DNA from: Carcharhinus longimanus
Taxonomy: Eukaryota
Direction: 5' to 3'
Assembly: GCA_030264375.1 (NCBI GenBank)
Contig: JASCQW010000132.1
Location: 95,899,851 to 95,963,850, forward strand
DNA: 64,000 nt
Under the pieces are notes generated by a model. It was given only the letters and a program-made list of their open reading frames with translations, was not told where the DNA came from and searched no databases. Positions 24,300 to 37,360 of the stretch are shown one piece after another. Every line of letters begins with the position of its first letter. The stretch's first letter is position 1. A program made the position numbers and the translations under genes.

Positions 24300-26995
24300 C
24301 ACAAGCACCCATGAAGAATAGTTATTGCACACTGAATTAGAAAAATAAATGTATTTGTATCCTGCAGCTGTGACTGACGTGTCTCTGATTATCCTCCAGC
24401 AGGGATGACTGTACCCCAACCTTAGCCAGAGTGGATGTGAATGTTATTGTGCATGGGTGGGGGGTGGGTGGTGCCCCTGGCACACCGCTACTGCGATCCC
24501 TAAACCCAGGTGCATATTGCTTACCCGATACTGCACTTAAAATCAAGGCACTCAAAACCATCCCTGACCTTTTTGGGTGCCATGCAGGGCCATCGAGTCA
24601 CTGAAGCTGCTAGGGCATCCCCAGAACCAGGCAGCCACTGGATACCCCATTCCCTCACCTGTCCTGAGTCCCTACAGAGGTGGCTTGTGTTCCTTCACCC
24701 CCCCCCTCCCAGATGTGGGCTCAGGTGCAATTGTGCATGCAGAGCTCAGGAGGAGTCAGATTTATTTTCTGCAGAGCATCATCGCATTGTGTCAGGTAGC
24801 AAGTCATCATCACTCTCCTGCCTGCAATAATAACTCACTAACATGGCCTACTCAGGCCTACACCCTGGCGTATCATGGCATGGGAGATATACTAGGTTGA
24901 TTGTGGCATGGGAAAAGGGGGGATTGATTTCCACCACTGCAATCTAGTGTGCGAACCTGGTAGCGATGAGGGCCTCCCTGTCTAGCCTGGCTTACCGGAT
25001 CCTTGCCGCCATCTTTCCTACATGCTTGGATGGTCATCATCATCGTCATCATCCTCCCCCTTCTCCTTCTCCACATCCTCCTGGGTCACCTCCTTCCCAG
25101 AAATGCCCTGCTGGTCGCCCTCACCTTCCACCTTCTCCTCCTCCTCCAAAAAGTCTCCATGTCGCTGTACAAGGTTGTATAGCCCACAGCAGACCATCAC
25201 TATGGGGGATATTTTGACGGGGTCATACTGCAGGGAACTGCATTTTGAGGAGCTCCGCCTCCGTCATTGACCTCTGCACTGGCATCAGCAGCCAAGTCCT
25301 CAGCGGATATCCTGTGCCCCCACAAGCCATCCCTGCAGGCTGGGCTGTTCCTCAAAGACCCTGGGGATGTTGGAGGTTGAAGCTATCATGCATGCTGCCA
25401 GGGTGATGGGCAAATGCCTGCATGATGTGCATCGGTGGTCACACATCAGTTGCACAATGAGCAAGTGGAATCCCCTTCTGTTGAAGAAGCTCTGTGTGTT
25501 CTGGTCAGAGATCCAGGGCGATGTGTCTTCAGTCAATGGCTCCCTGCATCTTGGCCATCCCCACAATGGTAGCAAATCCTGTAGCCCATCTCCTTGCTGG
25601 GCCTGGCCCAGGTCGAAGCTGATGCACTGCCCAGCCTGGGTATATAGGGCCTCTGTCACCTCTCTCGCACATTTGTGGGTGGAGGACTGTGAAATGCCAC
25701 AGGCGTCCCGCTGGCAGTCTGGAAGGACCCGGTGCATAAAAGTTGAGGGCTGCCATGACCTTTACCACCACTAAGAGTGGGTATCCCCCTGTGCCCCGAG
25801 GTGCCAAGTCCTGTAGGAGATGGAATGGGTGTATTACTGTCTTCTTGTGGAGCCAGAGCCTGCGTCGGCACACGCTGGCAGCTGTTCAAATGTCATGCAT
25901 GTCCTGAACTGTCAGGGTCTCTGGCTGTTCGCTTACCTGTTTTCACCATGGGCCGATTGGCAGCCATCTTCCTCTCTTCCTGCTGCAGCTTGTGGGTCTG
26001 GGCGGCCCTCTCCGGGCCTGCAATTCCTTCTCCTCCTCATCAGCACCAGCAGCCACAAGAAGGACCACATCAATAAGCTCCATATGGTACATCATTCTAT
26101 ATCTGGCAAGGGAGAGGTTTGGGGCAGGGGAGAGACATTAAGAGAGTCANNNNNNNNNNNNNNNNNNNNNNNNNNNNNNNNNNNNNNNNNNNNNNNNNNN
26201 NNNNNNNNNNNNNNNNNNNNNNNNNNNNNNNNNNNNNNNNNNNNNNNNNNNNNNNNNNNNNNNNNNNNNNNNNNNNNNNNNNNNNNNNNNNNNNNNNNNN
26301 NNNNNNNNNNNNNNNNNNNNNNNNNNNNNNNNNNNNNNNNNNNNNNNNNNNNNNNNNNNNNNNNNNNNNNNNNNNNNNNNNNNNNNNNNNNNNNNNNNNN
26401 NNNNNNNNNNNNNNNNNNNNNNNNNNNNNNNNNNNNNNNNNNNNNNNNNNNNNNNNNNNNNNNNNNNNNNNNNNNNNNNNNNNNNNNNNNNNNNNNNNNN
26501 NNNNNNNNNNNNNNCCCCAGGTCAGACTCTATGGAGTGGCAATTTGGCACCGCCCCCGCTAACCCTCCAGCACACACACAGACCCCCCCCCAACCCAGAA
26601 TGCAACATGGTCATTTCCATTCCTCCCTCCCCCAAGTCTGCAGCATGGGGCCCTGTACACATACAGACCTACCTCCTCACTCATTCTCAGTACAGCTGTG
26701 CCTGCAGCAGACTTTTATAGAGCAGGTGTCCTACTCGCTGGTTGCATCTGCCACAGATGAAGTTGTTAAGGTTAATAAGGTGGGACAGTTGTGACTGAAC
26801 CACGTTAATTATATTGAGATGCATGCAAAAGCACATTTTGTCCATTTTGGATGAGTTCCAGATATCACCCAGTTTTTTCTGTAAAATGGGAATGGACTCA
26901 AAATGAGTGCCATTCCCGTTCATCCAATCACTCCTGATTTTATGGCCTCACCTCGCTGAAAAACGGGTGTGATAAGATAATGAAATCACCCCCTG
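24300..26995 (-). mobile_element. Harbinger DNA transposon relic containing the transposase pseudogene
   Basis: GC-rich flanks around the transposase. The right end gaaatcacccc at ~26982-26993 is TIR-like. The left end is uncertain and there is a gap at 26150-26514. Confidence 0.6.
24944..26083 (-). pseudogene. Harbinger DDE transposase (HARBI1-like, DDE_Tnp_4) pseudogene with frameshifts and stops
   Basis: Across frames: MELIDVVLLVAAG; VKVMAALNFYA; GSFQTASG/DACGISQSSTHKCAREVTEALY; GMAKMQGAID; FFNRRGFHLLIVQLMCDH; HPGSMHDSF; WLVGA; CCGLYNL..HGD + acidic tail; ALIATRFAH*. Confidence 0.9.
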
Positions 26996-26999
26996 GTCA

Positions 27000-27450
27000 T
27001 TCCAGATTGGCAGGGTGGGTGTAGTCAAAGTAGTATATCCAGAAAAGGAACCATGATTTGTCAAGAATTGAGGGAACATTTGTGATAGAATATTCGGTAT
27101 TTGTAAAAAATTTTGGGAACGGACAAAGTTGGGTCCCAGGTGCTATAGTGACTAGATGGATTTTCACAGTCAGGACATTCCTGACAACTATAAAAATGGC
27201 AGGTGGGACCCAAATGCAAAGTCCCATTCCCATTTCCAGCAGATCCAATTTTCACCAACAGGGGAAAGGGGGTGAGACATGAATTGCACAGATGTGAAAC
27301 ATGAATCCGCGAGATGATTTGAAAATACCGTTGAAATTAAATAGTTTGAAGTTGAGTTTGAAATTTCCTGACATGAGATGCCCATCTCGATAGTGAAAAC
27401 CCTGTCCCTGGTTTCAGCAGAGGTCAAAATGGTAGATACAAAAATCACAC
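27000..27450 (+). mobile_element. Gypsy pol C-terminal fragment (post-integrase)
   Basis: EGTFVIEYSVFVKNFGNGQSWVPGAIVT matches the conserved VFVKNFG..WVPG motif after Gypsy integrase. Confidence 0.7.
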
Positions 27451-28662
27451 CAGGCTGGGAAATGGGGAAGAAGTGGGATATGGAGTGTGGTAAATCAGTT
27501 CTGCAAGCGTATCAGGAATTCAAGATCAGTTAGCAGGAGCAGCACATGAGTAAATTAAAACCAGCTTTCATTTGGCAAACCAACATTTAAAATGATCACA
27601 AGCCTCAAATTCTTGGAAAAGATTAAGCATGCATCATGTGTACGATGAGAATAATAGAAATAAATGTCATCGTAAGTGCTGACACTATGATAGATTAGCT
27701 ACACCGCTGCTGTTGAATTCAGTAATTCACAAGCATGATGCAGAAGTGTACAGCCAGTTACAAGCATTACAGCGAAGGGTTCTTGCTGTGCCTTTGTGAA
27801 GAAACTGCAATTAATTATTTATTTGTATGCTTATCCATCAAATTTAAGCCTCTAATGGTGCATTGCATAACTAACGGACAAACAGAACAGACAGAATATG
27901 ATTTATGTCCATTTTGCAAGCTGATGAAGTTATGAAAGCACAGCATGGAAATAAGCTCTGTTCACAGGCAGTGTGCATCCATCCAGTAATAATGTGATCA
28001 AGACAGGATTCTTAGAGGCTTTTCAAGGGATTGTCTCAATCAGTGCCTGGAGGGCATCCAATCAACAACAATCAGAAATAAAAATCTTGGTTACTTTAAA
28101 GTTAGTTATTAAGAACACAAGTCAGCTTGGTGTCACTGCCACTGCAGACAAACAAGTGTAAAACTAATGATGACATGCCAGAATGAGTCCAAGATTAACA
28201 AACCAGCAAGGACCTTCACTCAATCGAGTGCATGTTGGCATGCATCCACAATTCAATCATCTATTAATTTAATCCACTTACTATCTTACTGTTGATGATT
28301 ACCATTTGTATAGTATAACTCAAGAATATTGTGAAAACTGACTTTTTATGCTGTTTCATTATATCTTGAGAAAGGGAATGGGAATTAACTTGAACTCTGA
28401 AAAGTAGGCCTGAGACCTGTTAAAAAGTTAGAATTATGGAAGGGAATCTAATACTAAAACATTTTAAAATACAGAGGGAGAAAAATTGGATTAGGCCAGA
28501 AAATTGCTCAGCAAATGGCCCAAGTTTGGGCAATGTTATCTCCACTTAAACTGGCCTGCCCTACTTAAAACCAGTCTATATCTCTTAAAACAGAGGTGCA
28601 TTCAGGCTGCAGCAGTGGTTGAAACTGATTACAAAAGACTATAAACATAGACGTGAGTGGAA

Positions 28663-28877
28663 ATGGCATAACAGGTTAGAGATTGTGCTCCAAGCTTCCC
28701 TAATAGAAGGAAGGGGTGGACAGGAGGAGAATAGTCCCTTTCCAACAAAGCATCAGGGGGCCCATCAGACAACATTGAGAAGGCAGTTGATGCAAGAATC
28801 ACCACCAGTGCCAGTAATAGTCCCAAAGAACCGAAGAAATTCCACAATATGTTCAGTGACCACACAAGTGGTCAGGG
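28663..28877 (+). pseudogene. Harbinger Myb/SANT-like partner gene, exon 1 remnant
   Basis: MA*QVRDCAPSF...DRRRIVPFP...HQTTLRRQL...KKFHNMFSDHT..VR followed by a gtcagt donor. Same architecture as 36265 and 48208. Confidence 0.5.
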
Positions 28878-29044
28878 TCAGTAAATGCTGCTTCATTTGC
28901 CATATTCTCACAAATAAACCATTAACATCATACACTGTTCCATTCACCACACACTCCTTCACTCACCAGCCAACACTCTGTTGCAAGCATGTTTCATATC
29001 CAACATTCACTGCCTCATCTCATCTTCACACTGCCTCACAGTAA

Positions 29045-29455
29045 CAGGGAATAGTTACACTACAGAAAGCAGCCATTTGGACCATTGCCTCTGCACTGGC
29101 TTTCCAAAGGGACAATTTACTTACTACTACTACCTAGTCTTCTCCCCATAGCCCCACACTTCTTCCTTTTCAGATAATAATCAAATTCCCTCTTTAATGC
29201 TTCCAGTGAACCTACTTCCACTACACTCTCAGGTAATGCAATCACTCCCAGTGTGAGAAAGATTTCCTCATTCCTCATTGGCTTCTTTTGCCAATTACCT
29301 TAAATCAATGTCCTCTTGTTCTCAAGACTGATGTGGAACAGTGTTTCCCTATCTATTCTGTCCAGACCTCGCACAATTTTGTACTTCTCGATCAAATCTT
29401 CTCTCAAACTTCTTTGCTCCAAAAAAAGCAATCCCAACTGGTCCAATCTATCTAT
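29045..29455 (-). mobile_element. CR1 3' end
   Basis: gttacactacagaaagcagccatttggacc tail. Minus strand DWTSWDCFF..RSLRED LIEKYKIVRGLDRIDRETLF. Confidence 0.8.
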
Positions 29456-29499
29456 GGACCTGACTCAATGGGGGTCAGGAGGGGAAACATGTGTTTCCT

Positions 29500-30345
29500 G
29501 TAACAAAGGAAGATGGCTGTGGTGATTGGACATCAATCATTTCAGTTCTTCAGGGTAGTGTCCTAGGCCCAACCATCTTAAACTGATTTATTAATGACCT
29601 TCCTTCCAGCATTAGACCAGAAGTGGTGAATGTTCACACAATGTTCAGCACCATTCACAACTCCTCAAGGGAAGCCCATGTCCAAATACGGCAAGTACTG
29701 GACAATATTCAGGATTGGGCTGACAAGTGGCAAGTAACATTCATGCCATATAATGCCAGGCAATGACCATTTCCAGCAAGAGAGAATCTAACCATCTCCT
29801 CTTGACATTCAATGGCATTACCATCATTGAATCTCCCACTATCAACATTCTAGGCGTTACCATTGACCAGAAACTTAATTGGACTAACATATAAATGATG
29901 TGGCTACAAGAGCAGATCAGAGGCTAGGAATCCAGTGGTGAGTTTCTCATCTCCTGACTCCCCAAAGCCAAGGCACACGTCAGGAGTGTGATGAGATACT
30001 CTTCACTTGCTTGGATAAGTGCATCTCTAGTAAAATTGAAGAAGCTCAACAACACCCAAGACAAAACAATATGTTTGATTGATAAACATTCACTCACTTC
30101 ACCACTGATAAACAGTGGCAACGGTGTGTAGCATCTATAAGATGCTGTGCAAGAACTCACCAAGGCTCTTTAGGTAGCATTTTTCAAACTCAGGACCACT
30201 ACCAACTAAAAGGACAAGGACACCAGATACCTAGGAACACCACCACCTTAAGGTTTCCCTTCAAGTCACCCGCCACCTTCACTTGGAAATATATTTCCAT
30301 TCCTTCACTATTACTGGGTCAAAATCTTGGAACTCTGTAATGTCC
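29500..30345 (+). mobile_element. Family-B LINE RT and 3' region
   Basis: QGSVLGPTILN*FINDLPSSIRPEV; LDNIQDWADKWQVTF; QAMTISSKRESNHLLLTFNGITIIESPTINILGVTIDQKLNW. Confidence 0.9.
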
Positions 30346-30361
30346 CACCTACGTTAAGGAT

Positions 30362-32225
30362 TGTTGGGTTTAATAAAAGGAAAAGAACATGATAGATTAA
30401 AACCATCACACAACAAGTTTTACTTGAAGAAATGTTCTCCGCACTGCACAGATTACAAAGTCAAAGTAAAACAGCAGCCACGCAAACATGCTAATGACAT
30501 CACTATCAAATCATGTGATCAGCTCTTAAAGTCAGCGTGTGACTATTTAAATATATAACAGAATAATATATTTAATATATAACATTAAATATAACTATTT
30601 AATTATATAACATTGTGGGTGGCACAGTGGTTAGCACTGCTGCTTCACAGAGCCAGGGACTGGGTTGAATTCCAGCCTTGGGTCACTGTCTGTGCAGAGT
30701 TTGCATATTCCCCCCATGTCGGCGTGGGTTTCCTCTGGGTGTTCCAGTTTCCTCCCACAGTCTGAAAGATGTGCGGGTTAGGTGTATTGGCCATGCTAAA
30801 TTGAGCCTAGTGTTGGGGGGATTATATGTGGGGTTTACGGGAATAGGGCCTGGGATTGTTGTTGGTACAGACTCAATGGGTCGAATGGCCTCCTTACGTA
30901 CTGGGGGATTCTCTGATTCTTTCTTTCTGATCCCTCCCCCGGTTGCCATGACAACAAATTACTACGATGCTATACATCAATAATACTCTGGACACAGTAC
31001 TATGCACCATTAATCATTACACACAGTCAATAAGAAAGTCAATCGGGAGGACATCTATTCCTCTTTGGTTGTATACAACATTCTGGACTTTGGCTGTCCT
31101 TGACCCGAGAAGTATGATTTGGAACTTCACTCCTTCTCTTGGAACTAAATCCGTATCATTCTCAGGTCATTGGTAGCAAAGACAGAATCATCAGGCAACT
31201 CAGATTCAACCAGGTCTTCCGTGGTAGTATTCTTAACAGCAGGGACTAAAGAAGTTAGTACTTCTGGAGGTGATTCTGAAAAGCCATTTCAAGATGACAA
31301 CAATTGGTCAACGTGGCATCACCAAACTAGTTCAGCTTTGGTTTGAACCATGTAAGAAATTGGACCTGTTTTTGGTAATGCTATGGCTTGGACCCCTTTC
31401 CCACTTGTGGCATAATTACACACTAACACCCAATCTCCTTGTTGAGGTGTATTGTTTTGCCTACACTTCTTGTCTAGCAACTTGAGATTGTTGCTGATGC
31501 TCTGCTATATCTGAAGCTTCTGGAGGTAATAACAAATCAACTTTCTCTTTAAGAGGAGTAATGAAGGTGAACTTTGATTAGTTGCATAAGTAGTGTTTCT
31601 ATAAGATGCCACAAAGCTAGTCACACAACTTGATAATGTAACATCATTAGCATGGCATTCTGATTGACAATACTTTATACCATAGGAGTGTGCAGATAAG
31701 ATCAGTCACCATCTTTGGAATCAGCTTGTACCTAACAAAGGTATACCTTTATACGACCCAAAAATAATAACTAAGGGTCAATGATCAGTCAATAATGTGA
31801 AATGGCGACCATGTAAATAATGATGAAGCCTTTGTTATGCCAAAAATTATACTCAGTGCTGAGCATAGTTAGATTCAGCATTAGTCAGAGTGTGCAAAGC
31901 AAAAACTATTGGTCGACCTTCTCCCAAAGGCATAATATGTGAAATTATTACCCTTACTCCATAAGATGAAGCATCACAAGCAAGCAATAATGGTTGCTTT
32001 GGATTAAATTCAATCAATACTTCAGAATTCTGCAAAGTATCTTTGACATCCTTGTATTTTTCCTCACGTTCTGTTGTCCAGCATCATGACTGTTTCACAC
32101 GTAGCAAATTATGCAATGGCTTCAATAATATAGCTAAATTAGGAATAAATTTGCCCTACTAATTTACCAATCCTAGAAAGAACATCAATTGCATCACATT
32201 TGTCGGGCTTGGCACTTCTAAAATA
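30362..32225 (-). mobile_element. Decayed Gypsy element: RNase H (31853-32035), integrase tail, PPT and 3' LTR (30362-~30560)
   Basis: NPKQPLLLACDASSYGVRVIISHIMPLGEGRPIVFALHTLTNAESNYAQ; VLVCNYATSGKGSK. Purine tract gggggaggga on the minus strand at ~30930-30940. The LTR is bounded tgttggg...tataaca. Confidence 0.85.
30616..30922 (+). mobile_element. HE1-type SINE, full length, inserted between Gypsy PPT and LTR
   Basis: ggtggcacagtggttagcactgctgc (A box), gggttgaattcc (B box), HE1 body, CR1-like tail cgaatggcctccttacgtactgggggattctctgattc. Confidence 0.9.
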
Positions 32226-32759
32226 GCAGGCAGTGGGGTAGCATTCCATAGGGGCAATAGGAAAGGCAAAGGCAGCCACTAAACAGGCACTAACACACTG
32301 CACAAGTGTTGGTCATTTCTTTTTTGAGTGGAAAATTGGATGGTTGTTGTATAATGTTGGTTTAGATTGGCTGCTTTGTGGTGATTATTATTCCAGCAGT
32401 GCGATGGTGTGTATCAGAAGGATCATAACCAAATGATTGTTGTACATCAAGGATTTAGGATAGAGCTCAGTGGAACTATTGTGAGAGAGATAATCATGAA
32501 AAGCTTGGCAATAAAGAGGATGTGCTGGTTGCCCCCTCCCTTGTTTTTCTTCCTATTGCTCCTCCTCTTCCTCCACCTCCTCTTCTTTTTCCTCCACCTC
32601 ATGAGCTACTTGCTGTATCCCAGGCAGGAAGGATTGATGATCAGGTTGTAGATAATACAGCCAAGAATCAAGACACAGACTCTGGTGAGGTCTGGAGGGC
32701 TCCTCATCAGCATTCTGGGCAGTGGAATCGTTACCATTGGGTCACAGAATTATCAAGGT

Positions 32760-32960
32760 ACAGAAGGAGGCTTGACAACAGCCAGGACAAAGCAGTCCAT
32801 CTGATCAGAACCCATCCACCACCCTAAACTTTCACACCCTACAGTACTGGTGACTGCCATGTGCACCACCATGTACACTGCAGCAATTTGCCAAGCCTCC
32901 TTTATCAGTGCCATCTAAACTTGCAATCTCTACCACATTGAGGAAAAAGAGCAAGATAAT
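32760..32960 (+). mobile_element. Family-B LINE 3' fragment
   Basis: cttgacaacagccaggacaaagcagtccatctgatc...gtacactgcagcaatttgccaagcctcctt. Confidence 0.7.
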
Positions 32961-34321
32961 TTGCCGCTTTCGCTCTGAGCAGCTTGTGGTCTATAACTAC
33001 TTGTTTTTCTTCTACTTATATGAGTGATATTCAGTGAAAGATTTGAATAGCTCCTGATTATAATGAACTATAATTATGTCATTCAGCCCATACTTCATTG
33101 TTAAAAAAAGGCTACACATTGCTTTTGCCATTAGCAGCACATCAGAATGCTGGTATAAGATTTTTTTATTCATGATTTAACAGCTTTCAAAATCAATTTG
33201 AAAAACGAAAGGTCTCAACTTTAAGCTGCAGAATAAAATTCAAAATTTTGAATTCTGACGTTGCAGCATGGATAAAGACATGAAGATCATGATCAAATAT
33301 ACAGTTCTGGATTTCTTAAAGTTGATAGAAGTTCATTATGATATTTGACCAACAATTAAACAACTGCAGACACGAATCTCGAGACTTTCTGGCATTTTTC
33401 CTGCATCTTTTAAAAATGAAGCAATAAATAAATTCAAAACTAGCACACGGTGCTCACAAAATTGGGCTCCAGTGCTCATAGTCTGAGAGGTGCTTTGGTA
33501 CCTAAATGGATGTGCACAATGTGGGCACACTCTGGCCACCTTCATGAGGGGATTAGTCGGGCACTAGGATCATGTGCTAGATGTATGCAGAGAAGGCAGA
33601 TTGTGGCATCAGTCAATATGGATTTTTTTTATCATAATGGAGAAATTCATCACTCCATAAAATATAAAATGAGTGTTTCCAGGCTAGCTGGAATATTCAA
33701 CAGTAATTTTGATGTCAGTGTGCCATTAAAAACCCAGTTATGCTTCATTCGACAAGTGCATGGTTTTGATGATGTGGGCTTTGCAGAGAGATTCATAATG
33801 CAAGAATGGGGGTTCTCCTCAGTTTGAAGAATTCCCATTGATTGCAGACTGGGGTTGCCTCAACAATGTACCAATGCTTTCTCATTCTCAGTGATATGTC
33901 TGACTCCTGCCTAACAGTGAGCTGCATGTGCCCTGCCAGTGAACAGGCACATTCTGGGGTTCATCAAAGCTGGAATGATAGTCTCAGGCACTGCAGGCCC
34001 CTCTGAGTATTTGGCCAGGTTTTCACTTTCATCTTACACCCAAGGTGGGCAGATAATCAGCACCTCAACTGCCCCTGGTCTCTCATGCTCAGGGTGAAGA
34101 GATGCTGGATAAAATGTTCTATTCCTGATGAATGGGTAAGGTTTGCTCCTTCTATGAATGGGATCTCAGGAAGGGTGGTTGGGTTTGGGGGATAGGGTTG
34201 CCTGCGACAAGGCTTCTTTACTCCGGCCTCAGTGTGGGAGAAATATAATACAGCCATTCTCACACTCAGGAAATGCTGAGTGTGCGCGTGGGTCCACCGA
34301 GCTTAGTGGCATAAAATGACA

Positions 34322-34500
34322 TGGTGGAGACTATGAGTGAACAGAGTGGTTTATTAATTGTAACTATATACAGAGATGATCTCTTTACAATTGTGTCCAT
34401 TTTAACCTGTGCCAACTAGGTGTCTAACACTATCTTCTTCACCCTCCACTATATATAGGTTCTTCCCCAGCTAAGATTATGGTGGCCTAGTGACTTCTAT
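34322..34500 (-). mobile_element. Short LTR-like insertion
   Basis: The minus strand has TATATA, then AATAAA, then a ...ctccacca end. It interrupts Harbinger-like sequence. Confidence 0.4.
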
Positions 34501-34509
34501 GGCCTGTTG

Positions 34510-36265
34510 CCTGAGATGATCTTGGCATATGTCCCCTTGGGGCCTTGGATCTTAAGGGCCTTCGTTCAGGAAGCGCAGGTATTGCAGTTCGACCTGATCA
34601 GTGTACAGTGATAGTGATGTGTCACTCACAGGAACTGGGGACTCAGATAGGCTGGACACCCCCAGGTACTCCTGCTTGGAATGCCCTGGGCTGTGAACCA
34701 GTCAATACTCATCTCTTCGGCTATCCAGAGGGCATACTCATCCTCAAAGGGATGGAGGGGTCCAGAATAGATTGAAGTCCAGAAGCCCCACCATCCAATG
34801 GCGCATATACTAATGGATTCCCACCAGTGCCTGCACTTTGTAATTGAAGGCTTGCACTATGGAGTTCATGCCCTGAGACATGGAGCTGATGAGGTGAACC
34901 ATGGTGCGGACATCTTCTATCACAGAGTGCAAATGCTGCACCAAGATCTTAACTGTGGACACCACGCCTGCAGTGTTGACCTCATTGTGGGCTGGTGTGA
35001 TAGCACCACCTTCTCAGACAGAAGGCCTTGTGCTCTGAGGAGGGATGCTATTGTCCCTTCCTGATGCTCGTCATTCTGCCTTTGCTGTTCCATTAACTCT
35101 GAGATGACTGGATCAAAGAGCACATCATTGGCTAGGTGCCCAGAAGAGTTCTGGCCTCCAGATTTCTTCCATGCATTCCCTGGGACATCCCTATCTCCAG
35201 TTGCTGTGGACCTTCAGTTGTGAGGTGCTCACCAGTGTGTGACCCAGAAGCCTGTCTACTTAGTGATCCCTCCGAGGCGTGAGTACCTGCATTGGTGCTG
35301 GGTGTGATGTCTCTTCCACGGTGGGGTCCAAGAAGTCTCCCTTGGAGCTGCTCAATTCTGTTGGATGCAGGGAGCTGTTTTGCCTGCAAGAGAAGGGGGA
35401 TGGCATTGGTGCATCGCAAGGAATACAGCGGGAACTTTGAATACTCACTTGAGACTTGGAGAATGACAACGTGCCTTGAGGATTCTCATATATATCTGCA
35501 ACTCCAACAGTACAGACACACTCTACCTCCTCCAAACGATGTGAAGGTTCTGAACTCTGGCATTATTCTGGCTGGGTGTGCTTGCTCACGCTTATTGTGT
35601 TTGAGTTTGTCTGACAATGACATGGATTGAGAGAGTGTAGGTGGCAGTGTTGACATTTAAGATAGTGATGAGGTGTGACAGGCATGGATCTTGAGTAGAA
35701 GTTGAAGTGTGAGGGCCATTACAGCAAGGGGGGAAATANNNNNNNNNNNNNNNNNNNNNNNNNNNNNNNNNNNNNNNNNNNNNNNNNNNNNNNNNNNNNN
35801 NNNNNNNNNNNNNNNNNNNNNNNNNNNNNNNNNNNNNNGAGTAGAAGTTGAAGTGTGAGGGCCTTTACAGCAAGGGGGGAAATATGATGATTGGGGAAGT
35901 GGGGGAGGGGTTTGGGAGGAGGACATTCTTACAGTGTTGGCAAAGTCCAGTGACTGGGTGAGAGATACAGCTGGAACTGAGAGGCAGGTTTGTGAGGTGG
36001 GGGGAGTGGAGGTCTAGAAAAGGACTGCATCAGGCTCACCTACCCTGGCGAATTGAAGATTGTTTATCTTGGGTCATTGCTGCCCCATCCTCTTCTGCAG
36101 TGAGTTGGCAATCGACTGTGCTACCATTGCATCCCCTGGGGTGGGGGGGGGTGGGTGCTTTCTCCTGGAGCGGGGATAGAGTGCATCCTGCCTCTGTTGT
36201 ACTCCATCCAGGATTCTGGTGAATGCTCCCTCTGAGAATTGAGATGTCAGCTTCCTGGTTGCCAT
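34510..36265 (-). pseudogene. Harbinger Myb/SANT-like partner gene, three-exon relic
   Basis: Exon 1 is MATRKLTSQFSEGAFTRILDGVQQRQDALYPRSRRK...NSLQKRMGQQ*PKINNLQFAR|gtaggt (~36044). Exon 2 (~35612-35475) is DKLKHNKREQAH..MPEF. Exon 3 starts at the cttgcag acceptor (~35383) and encodes low-complexity and coiled-coil sequence (ELMEQQRQNDEHQEG). Confidence 0.75.
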
Positions 36266-37285
36266 GCCCTGTGATCAATATGGAACAAGTGCTGGAGAGT
36301 TGTTTATATGGACTTCCCTAATGATTGCTGCGATTCAGTTGAGATGGGGTGGGTGAATCAGAGGGAGGCCACCACAGGTGTGGCGTGATTATTGTGGCCA
36401 TAAAAACTTTTGTTCATGAGCCTCAAAATTTGGTCTGAAATTACACCAGAGCTGTCGGTGGGTTTCACTCCATTTTTGTCACCAGAACTGATACATTTCC
36501 AAATTCTGGTGAGGTCGCACCCATCAAATCCTGTCCTCTCCCAGCATTGAGGCATACACACACACACCACATATAGAGACTGCTGGTTAGCAATTAGAAA
36601 ACCAACCCTGAAAAATGTCATCTCCATATCTTGGACTCAATTTTAGGCTTCATTTACCATCCTAATTTACATCAGTTAATACAGAAAAGTTTAGGGATTA
36701 AATCTGACATCTTCTTGATTTGTATAGTCAGCTATTAACTTTCTTGCCACTGGAAAAGTAATTTTTAAAAATTATTTCATTGATTTTGGCTCTAGTCAGC
36801 ATTTATTGCCTTTCTCTCCTTGCCTCTGCGAAGGTGATGGAGAGCCACCTTCTTGAAACCATACCATCCATCTAGTGACAGTGCACCCACAGCACTATTA
36901 CTGAGGGATTTCCAGGATTTTGACGTTGTAACAGTGAAGAAATGTTAAATGTTAATGCGGCCCAGGTGCCCCAGTGGGAAGCCCGCAAAGTGGCCTCCAC
37001 TGATGTCTCCCAGCCTGTTGCGCTGCTAGAGCAGCACAGCGGGCTGAGAGAATTGCTCCTGTGACCTCCACCACCTAGGAGAATAAAGACTGTTGGTGCA
37101 TGGGACCATCTGCAAGCTCCCCTCCAAGTTACACATCATTCACATCATTGTTTGCTGGAGCAGACGAGTGAAGGAGCAGAGAGATNNNNNNNNNNNNNNN
37201 NNNNNNNNNNNNNNNNNNNNNNNNNNNNNNNNNNNNNNNNNNNNNNNNNNNNNNNNNNNNNNNNNNNNNNNNNNNNNNNNNNNNN

Positions 37286-37360
37286 TGGTGGGGCAGGCTC
37301 GAAGGGCTAGATGGCCTACTCCTGCTCCTATTTCTTATGTTCTTATGTTCTTATGTTCTT
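37286..37360 (+). mobile_element. CR1 3' tail with (ttcttatg)n
   Basis: ggcaggctcgaagggctagatggcctactcctgctcctatttcttatgttcttatgttcttatgttctt. Confidence 0.9.

Noticed and set aside
24944-26083. Host HARBI1 gene
   Set aside because: Multiple frameshifts and stops, a lost catalytic segment and transposon context.
25820-26794. 324-aa ORF
   Set aside because: It spans a 365-N gap and is antisense to the Harbinger transposase, so it is an artefact.
30616-30690. tRNA gene
   Set aside because: The A/B boxes belong to a SINE head and there is no complete cloverleaf.
32230-32760. Possible additional Harbinger transposase N-terminal remnant (acidic run on the minus strand)
   Set aside because: Too degraded, with no diagnostic motif readable.
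33237-33254. Perfect 18-bp palindrome aattcaaaattttgaatt
   Set aside because: Almost entirely A/T with no supporting context, so plausible by chance.
37330-37360. Short direct-repeat arrays ((ttcttatg)n here and at 61160-61195) as CRISPR-like
   Set aside because: These are CR1 3' microsatellite tails with no spacers, in eukaryotic DNA.
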